A DNA stretch of 62,695 nucleotides, filler included, from Chiloscyllium plagiosum (lineage: Eukaryota), in NCBI RefSeq assembly GCF_004010195.1. It is 4 parts of one record of this genome, joined end to end, with 100 filler letters (N's around TTAATTAATTAA, not from the genome) between each part and the next. Parts side by side here need not be neighbours in the genome. Positions count along the whole stretch, not along the records: positions 44,885 to 55,842 come from NC_057713.1; positions 55,943 to 62,695 come from NC_057713.1; 2 more parts are not named here. One strand, written 5' to 3'. The notes under the pieces are model-generated. The model worked only from the letters and a program-made list of their open reading frames with translations. It did no database searches and was not told where the DNA came from. Of the stretch, positions 51,140 through 62,029 are shown one piece after another. Made by a program: the position numbers and the translations under genes. The stretch's first letter is position 1; each line of letters starts with the position of its first letter.

Positions 51140-52369
51140 TCCATGTATACAGAATCCAACGAGACTCTGACTGTAAATAGGAATGCTATGACACTTGCCT
51201 TCCATCAGGCTGAGGGAATGAGTGTGAGTCTAACTCACAAGCTAACGCCTGTTCAAATTGGGACTTTGATGGCCTGGATGACTTAAATTCACATTAGGCT
51301 CTTAGTTTCTGTGCTAAAAAAAAGTCAGAAGATCTTTGTGATTTTAGGATTTGGTGAAGCAGTTCATTGTCAGTTCAGAAAGCAGCCATTTAGCTCAGTG
51401 TCAACTTTACGCATCAGGTGACTCACTGGAGTCAAAATGCGAACTCTCCTTTCTTCCTACAGATACTGCCAGACCTGCTAAGTCTGTTTTTCTTTCAGAT
51501 TTCCAGCAACTGCTGTTTATCTTTGCTTTATCTTAAATTAATTTGGCCCAGTGTGCTCTGCTATCTGTTTGAAAGAGATATACAATTAATGCTCTTTCCC
51601 CAAAGCTGTTTTTTTCTCAATAAGTATATATTCAATTCTTTTTCCAAAGTTGACTTTGGACTCTCATCTACTGTTGTAGACAATGCATTCCAGATCACAA
51701 TAATTTGATGTGAAAAAGAAAACTTCACTATTGCCTGTCTGTTTGACTATATATCTTAATTCCATGTCCTCTAGTTACTTACTCTTGCATCATTGGAAAA
51801 GGTTTGTTTCCACATTTACTCTGGAAGATCTCACATCCCTTTTTGACAACCATTCAAATTTTATTGACACTAAAAATTGTCTCTCCCGTAATTTAGCATA
51901 TGCACTCTTTCTCAGCTTGGAGAGCAATGGATGAATTGTGGAAGGACTAGCTGGCATATTGGAACATGTCATGAGCACTCTGTTTACAGCCAACAAGGTC
52001 GAGAGTTCAAATTTAATCCCAAAGGTTCTGGCACAGGGGCATGGGCATTAAGTCACCTGATCAACAAGCTCCTTTATTGCTGCTATCTAGGAGACGTTTA
52101 GTGTAGTAACTATCACTTCCTTGTTCTTCCATTCAGTTTATGTGAGAAAATGAACATTTCTTGGGCTTGTTCTGCTAAAAAAATTCAAAAACTTGAATAA
52201 AGACTTCAAATCAACTGTTACTTTAATTTCCTCCCATGTTCACAAATTCTAGCTGTCATGCACAAATTGGAAGCCGTCGGCAAGGACACACAATTAATAC
52301 CTTGAATACGTAAGTGTATTGGTTAACTGTTTTAAAATTCTAAACAGGAGTTTGCTGCTTCTCATTGAC

Positions 52370-52489
52370 CTGATCTTCCATCAATTCTGGATTCTGAGTT
52401 GAAATTTCTGCTAGCAATTCTGATGCACTACATCGGACATCTGACCAATACAGATAGGCAGAACACAAAATGTAATCCTCAGTCTCTAC
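52370..52489 (-). CDS. Weak candidate exon (40 codons)
   Basis: ttgcag|GTA...CAG|gtcaat; open frame VETEDYILCSAYLYWSDVRCSASELLAEISTQNPELMEDQ. Both splice sites are weak. Confidence 0.22.
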
Positions 52490-53324
52490 CTGCAAGCTAA
52501 CCAACTTCTCCATTTTTGTAAAGCCTGTGAATCTGGCTGCCAAACTGTGAGTCGCATTTCAACTTAGTTGGTGAAAGCAAAAGGGCTTAAAATTCACAGC
52601 CTCATCTATCTGCAAGGCATTTTATGACTGTGAGGCAGTTCCTAAGGTGTTATAAATGTACAGTACATGCAATTCAGCTAAATTGCAATTCTGGGGACTG
52701 CAATATTAGCTTGTTTTCCTAGTCTGTAGAAATGGCAGCTTTGGGAAATGCTAAGCATTCAGTTTTGGCACAGTTACAAGATGGAGCACACAGACAAAGA
52801 AAAATAGCTTCCAAAGATATAACATATAATTTTTCATTACATTGTTTCACAGTGATATTATGCCTGCCACAACGCTGGGTATTTCATGATTGCTGGCAAA
52901 CTGTATATATTTTAAGTGGAGTGTGGGTAGTTCATCCTAATATTATGGAGAAAGTCTACAAAAAGACTTGGTAGTAATATGATGGCTGCGATAACATGGT
53001 GGCAACTAGGGGAGTTAAAAAGGAGAAAGAGCGTGCATCTGTAAAAGTGTGAGGAGGAGGGTTTTTTTCCTGGTTGGGATGCTCTTTGGAAGGTCAGTGT
53101 GGTCTGCTTCCACACTGTATGGATTCTATGATTGATATTGTCATCATCAGCTGTCAGTGAGTTTAAGGATACCCAGGGTCATGAGATTCTGCCATGGATC
53201 TTCATGTGATGAGACAGATCAATTCCCCACCCAAATGTTTTTGACATATGGTGCAGGATACCCCACTGAGTAGTGGCATCCGAAGTGCAGGACATGTTTC
53301 ATTCAATTTCTTTGAATAATGGAA

Positions 53325-53668
53325 TCCCTTCAGCATGGCAAAAAGCCATCTGGCCCAGCAAATCCCCACCAACCCTCTGAAGAGTAATCCACCCACACCC
53401 ATTCCCCTACCCTATTACTCTACATTTACCCCTAACCTATTACTCTACATTTACCCCTAACCTACACATCCCTGAACTCTGTGGGCAATTTAGTGTTGTC
53501 AATTGACCCAACCTGCACATCTTTGGATTGTTGGAAGAAACCAAAACATCCAGAGGAAACCCACACAGAAAGTATGCAAATGCCACACAGACAGTCATCA
53601 AGGCTGGTATCGAACCCAGGTCCCTGGAGCTGTGAGGCAGCAGTGCTAACCACTGAGTCACCTTGCCA
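53325..53668 (-). mobile_element. HE1-like V-SINE with internal 25-bp duplication
   Basis: Same family as 10677-10996; ctattactctacatttacccctaac occurs twice at about 53412-53462. Confidence 0.85.
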
Positions 53669-53681
53669 CCCTGTTTCTCAC

Positions 53682-53823
53682 CTATGACATGGTGAACTAC
53701 ACCATCAGTGGTTGTGAAGCTAACTACATCCATGATCTTATGGGTCTGGGTTCTTCCAGAGAGATTTGCAATGTCTTGCAATTTTGCTGTCAACTGTTGT
53801 ACAAGATATGTCATTGTGGCTCC
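53682..53823 (-). CDS. Weak candidate exon whose acceptor is supplied by an inserted Penelope-derived element
   Basis: Open frame GATMTYLVQQLTAKLQDIANLSGRTQTHKIMDVVSFTTTDGVVHHVI with donor ATAG|gtgaga. The acceptor ctgtttgtttcag lies inside the repeat at 53823-54046. Confidence 0.25.
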
Positions 53824-54046
53824 CTGAAACAAACAGAAAGAATCCTGCAGAAACTCAACCGGTCATCTGTCGAGAGAGAAACAGAGTTAATGTTTCAAGT
53901 CCAGTATGACTCTTCTTCTTCAATCATACTGGATTCAAAAGATTAATCTTATTTCTCCCTGCATAGATGCTGCCAGACTTGCAGAGTTTTTCCAGCATTC
54001 TCTGTGTCTGTTTCCAATTTCCAACATGCAAATTATTTGCTTTTAT
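53823..54046. mobile_element. Family C fold-back insertion with 12-bp TSD
   Basis: TSD tcattgtggctc at 53811-53822 and 54047-54058; arms pivot at ttcaagtccagtatga / tcatactggattcaa. Confidence 0.85.
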
Positions 54047-54774
54047 TCATTGTGGCTCTCCATTCACTGATAACATGTCACACTTCATTGTCTTCGGTTA
54101 AGGGTAAGCAGAAGGTAAGTGCACAAGACTTTGCAGGGATTGTATCTTCACAAATGGATAGGGTGCCAGTCACTGTAAGGGTTTCACTTCATAGGCTCTG
54201 CACATCGATTTAATCCTATTCTGGAACCAGATTAAACATCAATTGTTTACAGTTCCCTTGTTGCCATGTTGTGAGGGGCTGCAGTGCCAGCCACAAGCTG
54301 ATGGGTGGCTACTGGATTACAGAAAACAAGGTGCTGTCTCCAATGTGCAATCCAAGCTGCAAATTTGTCACCTTCATTCAATGAAAGCAATGCTCCCATA
54401 CAAAATGCAACAGAGTAAACCACATGGTTCTAAAGCTACATTTCTGGTGAATGGACCACTTTGGAGTCCCATTGAATTGTTCAACTGAGTTTTTTTGTCA
54501 TCTCAACCCTTACTTGCCCTCACCCTTCAGTGACCTGTCATGGGTTTTCAATCCAGCAGGCAACTCAGTTTGAGGTCAATTCGAGATGAGTATTAAGCGT
54601 TGTCTCAAACGGTGGTATCCACATCCCACAAAAAAAAATAAAAGCAAAGTTCAACACTATCCTGGACAAAGCATCTCATTTAATTGGCACCCCGTCAACC
54701 TCCAATATTCATTCGCTTCACCTCTGACACAAAAGCAATGTGAACAATCTAGAAGCTGCACTGTTGTAATTCAC

Positions 54775-55145
54775 TAAGGATCATTTTACAAGATAATGCA
54801 TGGCTTAGAAAGGGTGGATGCTGGGAATTTGTTTCCATCAGGCAAGGATACTAGGACCCATGGGCACAGACTTAGAATTAAAGAGGGTCAATTCAGAATG
54901 GAAATGAGGAGACATTTCTTCAGCCAGAGAGAGGTGGGCCTGTGGAATTCACTGCCACAGAGCGCAGTGGAGGCCGGGACATTAAATGTCATCAAGGCAG
55001 AGATTGATAAATTGCAAGGAATTAAGGAATATGAGGAGAGTGTGGGTAAGTGGAATTGAAATACCCATCAGTCATGACTAAATGGCATAGTGGACTTGAT
55101 GGGCCAAATGGCCTTACTTCCACTCCTATGTCTTATGTCTTATGT
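54775..55145 (+). mobile_element. CR1 3' end nested in an older LINE fragment (about 54640-55265)
   Basis: ORF 54796-55059 (FFSQREVGLWNSLP); (tcttatg)n tail. Confidence 0.85.
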
Positions 55146-55269
55146 TCCTCACCACCTTCCAATCACGTAACTTCAACCACCTGAAAAGACAATTGAGATC
55201 ATTTGCCGTTGTAAACCGTGAGCCACAAGTTCTACTCCGAGGCACACATTACCCTGACTTGGAACAATA

Positions 55270-55842
55270 CAGAACAACCTCAATTATCTGAACAAGACGG
55301 GAGGGGAGTATTATCTTCAGATAACTGGTCGGTCGGATAACTAATTGTGAGAGGTAATTTCGGTTTAAACTTTAAGATGTGCCTGGACCACAGACTGGTC
55401 TATAATAAAAGACAAAACTTTTGTTTCTTTTCTAGAACATTTTATATACTCAAAAGTAGAATAGTTTAAATTGTGCAGAATGCTGACAATTTGTGAGCAG
55501 AGTAAAAACAAACAGGCCCTTGATTGATGAAACCATTAACACACGCAGGGAAGGATGAGTCCTTGACTGATAAGACTCCAGCATGGGGGAACGACTTGAG
55601 ACACCTGTTTCAGATTAAAGCCTTTGACTGATAAGACTACAGGGCGAGAAAAACAACAAACTTTGGAGACTCTGGAGCCTTTTGTTGCAGACTTTGTGAT
55701 AAAAATAATGATGTTTTTAAGAATGTGAACCTCATGGCTCGTTAGAGCCAGGGAGGGGAGGGTCTGGAGACATTTGTTGCAGACTTTGTGATAAAAATAA
55801 TGATGTTTTTAAGAATGTGAACCTCATGGCTCGTTAGAGCCA
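55270..55842. mobile_element. Probable Tigger/pogo-type non-autonomous DNA transposon (one end visible)
   Basis: TA|CAGAACAACCTCAATTATCTGAAC resembles a Tigger TIR; internal 70-bp exact repeat at 55681-55750 and 55773-55842; right end lost in the gap. Confidence 0.5.
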
Positions 55843-55942
55843 NNNNNNNNNNNNNNNNNNNNNNNNNNNNNNNNNNNNNNNNNNNNTTAATTAATTAANN
55901 NNNNNNNNNNNNNNNNNNNNNNNNNNNNNNNNNNNNNNNNNN
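55843..55942. other. Assembly gap with artificial spacer
   Basis: 44 N + TTAATTAATTAA + 44 N. Confidence 0.98.
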
Positions 55943-56085
55943 CCCACCCTCCTCTAGCTTATCTCTCCACGCTTCAGGCTCTCTGCCTTTATTCCTGATG
56001 AAGGGCTTTTGCCCGAAACGACGATTTCGCTGCTCCTCGAATGCTGCCTGAATTTCTGTGCTCTTCCAGCACCACTAATCCAGAT
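55943..56085 (+). mobile_element. Young family A terminus; hammerhead with GTC>GAC change (55991-56026)
   Basis: attcctgatgaagggcttttgcccgaaacgacgattt. Confidence 0.88.
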
Positions 56086-57094
56086 ATTGGAAAACTTAAC
56101 CTACTTGATACAGCAACTTAACTAGGGTGCTGTTCCAACCCAGTCACATCCCATAAACACACCCCTTGGCAAAAAGGTAAATTCGAACAGATTCCTACAG
56201 ACAGTAGGGAACAACATCCAAAGATTTCAGAGAGAAAGTTAGGCAGAAAACATTAATGAAGTTTGCAATCTTTCCTGGACTCCAGCACCTTGTGACTGCC
56301 ATAGCTCAACCAAACTATAAAAACGTGACCTGGGAGAACTGGCCACTGCCCTGCCATTATTAAACTCTTTCTGGACCCCTCGGCTCCTCGACCATTACGA
56401 CCTCTCTTAAAAAAACCCTAAGGACAAAATAACCTTGTTGAAATGATAACATTGTCACACATTATTCAAAGGTACACTGTTACAATCTGGTAGTAACTGA
56501 ATCTTTTGTGACCCAGTCTGCCATGGCCTTTGTCACATGGCTGTTGGGTTTTTTTTGCGAAGGAGTTTAACAAATAAGTGTGAGCCATTCTGGAATCCTC
56601 ATCATTATATTTCAGACAGCAGTGATTACATAGCCTTTGGGAGTTTAGTGGAAACTTACATATATGTGGTGATTGCAACTGAATTTTGGTAAGGCAAGTT
56701 TTTAAAGACTTGGATTCAGTTTGAAGGAGACCTGATCTATGTTATGTATATTGTTTTCGATTGGTCAGAAAATAAATTGCCTCAGTGAAAGAGAGTAGCT
56801 TGAGACCATGAGTACTTTGTTACACATCTTCACTAATTATTCAAGGTTGAAAAAGTTAAAGGTCTCAGCTGGTAATCTTCAAAGAAAAGGCTACAGATTA
56901 AACAGGTGAAGGAAGTTTCTCTAGATATTGTATAACTGTAAAATGGTGTTGTGGAATGGCTGAGCCTATGTTCCTGCTGTGTATTTTAAGAATTCACAAT
57001 CTTACACTTTGGTTTTTTTCAATATAACTTTTTGTTTTATTATCAAGATCACAGACTGATTTTGTTTTAGTGAGAAACCATTTTGTTTCCTGAC

Positions 57095-57955
57095 TCAGTT
57101 GTAACTACTTCTCAGACTACATGTGTGGAAGTGCGGCCATCTGCATGTCCTTGGAGACCGTGTTAGGGAGTTGGAGCTGGATGCATGCAAGATTATCCGA
57201 GATGCTGAGTGCTTCATAGATAAGAGTTTAGTGAGATGGTCACACCTAAGATATGGCAGAGAGTAGCTGGGTGACCACCAGGAAACACAGAGGGAGTAGG
57301 CAGACAGTGCTGAATCCCCTATGGCTATTCCCCTTGAAAACAAATATATACCATTTTGGATAATGTCGGGGGGGGGGGGGGGGGGTAATGACCATTCGAG
57401 AAAAGCAGCAGTAACCAGGTTGGTGGCACTACGGCGGACTCTGGGGCACAATGGGCAAGGTAAAGGTAAGCAGGACCTTAGTGATAGGAGACTCGATAGT
57501 TAGAGGGACAGATCGGAAATTCTGTGACCACAAATGGGAATCCAGGATGGTGTGTCAGTTCCCGGGCACCACAGACCAGGATGTCTCAGACTGTAGAACG
57601 CTCTCAAGAGGAGGGGGTGAGCAGCTAGAAGTCATTGTGCATGATGCACAAATGACATGGGTAGAAACAAGGATGAGATCCAGCAGATTGATTATAGAAA
57701 GCTAGGAAAAATGTTTAAAAACTATGACCTCGACAGTGGTAATGTCTGGATTACTTCCAGTGCCACGTGTTGGTGAGGGTAAGAACAGGAGGATATGGCA
57801 GATGAATACACGGCTAAAGAATTGGTGCAGGGGGCAGGAATTCAGATAGTTAGATCATTGGGACCTTTTCTGCGGCAGAGGTGGCCTGTTCAAGAGGATT
57901 GAGTTGCACAAGAACTGGAGGAGGACCATTATTCTGACGGGCAGATTTGCTAGTG
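57095..57955 (+). mobile_element. CR1 ORF1 (zinc finger + SGNH/GDSL esterase), decayed; G18 run at 57368-57385
   Basis: LVIGDSIVRGTDRKFC..RMVCQFPG in ORF 57451-57705. Confidence 0.85.
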
Positions 57956-57959
57956 CCCC

Positions 57960-59790
57960 CTTTTCATCCTCCTGATTTCCTCCTTCAGTAAACTTCTGTA
58001 TTCCCTATATACCTCCAGGGATTCCCTTGATGCCAGCTGCCTGTACTTGAGCCATGCTTCCTTTTTTCTTGGTCAAGGCCTCAGTATCTCACCATCCAGG
58101 GTTCCTTAATCCTGCCAGCCCTTTTCTCTTTCCATCTAGCCACCCTACCCCAAATCCAATGCAATTTAGATCTGCCATGTGCGACTTCACCTTATTAAAG
58201 TCCATATAAACTACATCTGCAGCCCTTCCCTCATCAATAATCCTTGTCACCCCTTCACAAAATTCAAAATCACACAACATCAGGTTATAATCCAACAGGT
58301 TTATTTGGAAGTACCAGCTTTCAGAGCACTGCTCCTTCATCAGGTAGTGCTCCAAAAGCTTGTACTTCCAAATACATCTGTAGGACTATAACTTGGCGTT
58401 GTGCGATTTTTAACTTTATCCATCCCAATCCAACACCGACACCTTCTCTTCAAAAAATTCAATCAGTTTGGTGAGACATGACCATCCCCACACAAAACCA
58501 TGCTGCCTGTTACCAACCAGTCCATTTTATTCCTAATGTGCATATCTTGTCCTTCAGCATCTTCTCCAAGAGCTTCCCCATGACAGACAGCAGGCTCACT
58601 GCCCTTAAATTTCCTGGATTATCTCTGCTTCCTTTGTTAATCAAGGGACAACAATGGCTAATCTCCAGTCCTCTGGAACCTCGTCTGTGGTCAAAGAAGA
58701 TATTAAGATATCTGCTATTTCTTCCCTTGCCTTTCGCGTTTAACCTGGGATAGAGCCCAGCTAGCCCTGGGGACTTATCCACCCTAAAGCAATTTAAGAT
58801 ACCCAAAACTTCCTCCTTCAATACACTGACATTCTTTAGGTATTCACACATCATCCCTGACCTCAGCATCAGTTATTTCCTTGTCCTTGGTGAATACTGA
58901 TACAAAATATTCATTATGGATCCCTCCTACTTAGTCATAAGAGTCATAGAGATGTACAGCAAGGAAACGGACCCTTCGGTCCAACTCAACCATGCCAACC
59001 AGGTATCCTAAATTAGTCTAGTACCATTTGGCAGCATTTGGCCCTTTTCCCTGTAAACTCTTCCTAATCATATATCCATCCAGATGCCTTTTAAATGTTG
59101 TAATTGTACCAGCCTCCACAACTCCCTCTGGCAGCTCATTCTATACACTTACCACCTTCTGTGTGAAAATGTTGCCCCTTAGGTCCCTTTCAAATCTCTC
59201 CCCTTTCACCCTAAATGTATGCCCTCTAGTTATGGACTCCCCCACCCCAGGGAAAAGACCTATTTGCTCTATCCATGCCCCTCATGATTTTATAAACCTC
59301 TATAAGGTCATCCCTCAGCCTCTGATGCTCCAGGGAAACAGCCCAGTCTACTCAGCCTCTCCCTTTAGCTGAAACCATCCAACCCTGGCAACATCCTTGT
59401 AAATCTTTTGTGAACCATTCAAGTTTCACAACATCCTACCAATAGGAAGGAGACCAGAATTGCACAGAGTATACCAAAGGTGGGCTACCTTCCTGTGGTT
59501 CCACACACAATTTCCCTCTTTTATCCTTGAGTGGGCCTAATATTTCCCTTGCTACCCTCTTTTGTTTAATATATGCATAAAAAACCTTGGGATTCTCCTT
59601 GACTCTGTTTACTAAAGACATTCCATGGCCCCTTTTAGCCTTCCTAATTCCGCGTTTAAATTTCTTCAAAATGTCTCTGTATCCCTTAAGGGCTTTGTCA
59701 GTTTGTAACTGCTTAGACCTGTTATATGCTTCATTTTTCCTTTTGACTAAGTTTACAATTTCCCTTGTCATCCATGGTTCCCCAAAATGT
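57960..59790 (-). mobile_element. CR1 ORF2 fragments with a nested younger CR1 3' end (58935-59470)
   Basis: PWMTREI..LVKRK, DKSPG..GLYPR, DVVYMDFNK; nested tail gtcataagagtcatagag. Confidence 0.85.
58268..58447. mobile_element. Family B fold-back insertion with 15-bp near-perfect TSD and minus-strand hammerhead motif (58313-58344)
   Basis: TSD cttcacaaaattcaa (58253-58267) / cttcaaaaaattcaa (58448-58462); minus strand CTGATGA-A-GGAGC-AGT-GCTCT-GAAA-GCTG. Confidence 0.85.
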
Positions 59791-60467
59791 CTGTTTAAAT
59801 TCAAGAAATGTGAATCAACTCTGCCCAACGTGATTAACTCCACATTATTGTCCAAAACTAGAATGAAAATAGCTTTCTTCTTAACTAGTACTAGACTAAA
59901 ATGAAACTGGAGTTTCATAGGTATGACTGCATATCTGAATTTTAAGTAAAGATACTGTAGATATAGGCTAGATACATTCCAACATTGGTGAAAGATAAGG
60001 GAGGTGCAGCTAGTGGTACAAAAAATAAAAGTGTATGAGCACATTAGGCAAATTATTCAAGTGAGAACCAGGGCAAATACAATCAACCAGGAGGGGAGGT
60101 GAAGAGAAATCTAAATCTGGCTAACATGATGTAGGAACACAGGTGGGCCACTCGCCCCCTCTCCACCCCCTCACCTTAAGTTTGCTTCTCTCACTTGATA
60201 AGATCATAACTGATGTGATTAGAATCTCAAATCCTTCCCTTTCTCTCCTGAATAGCTAATGGCCAGAACATTCTCATTTTTCCTTTATTGCCTTGTGTAA
60301 GCCATGTCTCAACATGGTCCCCAAGTGATACTCCGATGTGGTGACTGGTGCATTTAGTATTCCAGACATACTTTCCATTGGCAGAGTAGTATGCTTTAGT
60401 GTAGTGTGTATCGTGGAAGAGGGAACAAGGAGCTGAGTAAGCATTCTCAATGTACCCTGGCACTTAC

Positions 60468-60618
60468 CCTGACAGCTGCTGCATTCACAGCTGAGAATTA
60501 CGGGCAGAACAATAGGCTCCACATCTCCATTGTCACATTGCAAATTCATGAACTGTACTGGCCGTTCAGGGTCAAGCCGATAACTGCAGCAATCACAGAC
60601 ACTCTGCAGGTAAGGCTC
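60468..60618 (-). CDS. SSPO: SCO-spondin internal exon encoding the C-terminal part of the cystine-knot (CTCK) domain
   Basis: 151-nt exon with acceptor ttgcag|GAG and donor CAGG|gtaagt. Translates EPYLQSVCDCCSYRLDPERPVQFMNLQCDNGDVEPIVLPVILSCECSSCQ(G), closely matching the recognised SCO-spondin C-terminus (EPYLQSxCDCCSYRLDP..PV..LNL.C..G..EP.VLPVI.SC.CSSCQG). Phase 0 in, phase 1 out. Confidence 0.93.
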
Positions 60619-60635
60619 CTGCAACATATATATCA

Positions 60636-60992
60636 GAAGAAAGTGAGGATCCGATGCTGGAGACCAGAGTCGAGAGTGTGATGCTGGAAAAGCACAGCAG
60701 GTCAGGCAGCATCCAAAGAACAGGAAGATCGACATTTCTGGTATAAGGCCTTCATCAGGAATGCGTCCATGTGGGATCAGTCGGTTTGGTAGGCAGGTAC
60801 TGAGGAAGGAAATGAGGCTGTGGTAGCGAGTCTGTTTCAGGATGTGGCTGAAAAGCTTCAGGGAAGAGGGGATGACTTGGGGGGGAGGGGGGGGGGGAGG
60901 TGCAGTGACGAAGGGCTTATGCCCAAAATGACGATTCGCCTGCTCCTCGGAAACTGCCTGACCTGCTGTGCTTTTCCAGCACCAGATTCTCG
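60636..60992. mobile_element. Family A inverted pair with Penelope-like spacer, in the SSPO intron
   Basis: Left arm (minus) 60636-60762 and right arm (plus) 60905-60992: gctggaaaagcacagcaggtcaggcag / ctgcctgacctgctgtgcttttccagc. Confidence 0.85.
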
Positions 60993-61139
60993 ATAACATG
61001 TACAAATCAGTTGTATTCAGATATAAAACATGACTGTTTCAAAAACCTGTTCATTTGATGCAGATGTAACTGAAAGCTCTATTTATTGCTGACAGAAACA
61101 GTTAAGAGTCAACCACATGTTTGAGGGTCTGGAGTCATG

Positions 61140-61810
61140 CAGACCAGACCAGCAATTTTTAATTTAGCCCTAGCTCCTCATATTCCCTCAGCAAAGCATC
61201 TTTTTCCTTTTTCTAATGATTTCATTGGTATCTACATGAGCCACGATAACTGGATCTTTCCCCTCCCACTCCAAGTTCTTCTGGAGCTCAGATGAGATAT
61301 CCTGAACCCGGGCACCAGATGGACAACACAGCCTTCAGGACTCCAGATCTTGGCCACAGAGAATGGTGTCTATTCCCATGACTATACTATCCCTGATTTA
61401 CAACTATGTTTCTCTCCCCTTCCCCACCCCCAAATTGCGCCCTGTACCATGGTGTTGTGGTCAGTTTGCTCATCCTCCCTACAGCATCTGCTCTCCTCTA
61501 CACAGAAAGCAAGAATCTTAAACCTATTTGACAAGCTCAAGGACTGAGGTTCCTTCAGCACTACCTCCTGTATCCTCCACTTACCTCGCTTGTAGTCACA
61601 CTTTCCTGAAACACGGCATCCAGATAACTCTCCCTCTCCCTAATGTGTTACAGTGCTCGAAGCTCAGACTCCAGCTCATCAACACTGAAATGGAGTTCCT
61701 CAAACTACCAATCCTTATGACAGATGTGGTCGCTATGAGCCGCAGTGGGGTCCACCAGTTCACACATCATGCAGGTACAACACATGGCCTAGCCCTGTGC
61801 CTCTATTGAT
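61140..61810 (-). mobile_element. CR1 ORF1 fragment
   Basis: Minus strand gtaatcagggatagtatagtcatgggaatagacacc (VIRDSIV.GID) and ggtgcccgggttcaggatatc (GARVQDI). Confidence 0.75.
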
Positions 61811-62029
61811 TTAATTCTTAATTTACCTTTTTTAAAAAATTCTTACTCGTATTTTAGTTTGTAACCTTTAAGTATTTCCCTATTTACCTTCAATCTGAAT
61901 AGTAACCTTAGTAACTATTACTAAGCAATGAATGTACAGTTTTCCTCAGCTTCTTGACCTACAGACCGCAATTAGGGAAGATAGACAGTAGCACCTTCTC
62001 CATGATAATCCTCAACACTGACACCCCAC

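Noticed and set aside
55172..55190. Possible SSPO last exon cttttcag|GT GGT TGA (GG*)
   Set aside because: Lies within an old LINE fragment and is too short to distinguish from chance.
60468..60618. Alternative identities for the cystine-knot exon (GPHA2/GPHB5, otogelin, mucin, VWF)
   Set aside because: The CDCCSYRLDP and VLPVI.SC.CSSCQG motifs match SCO-spondin specifically.
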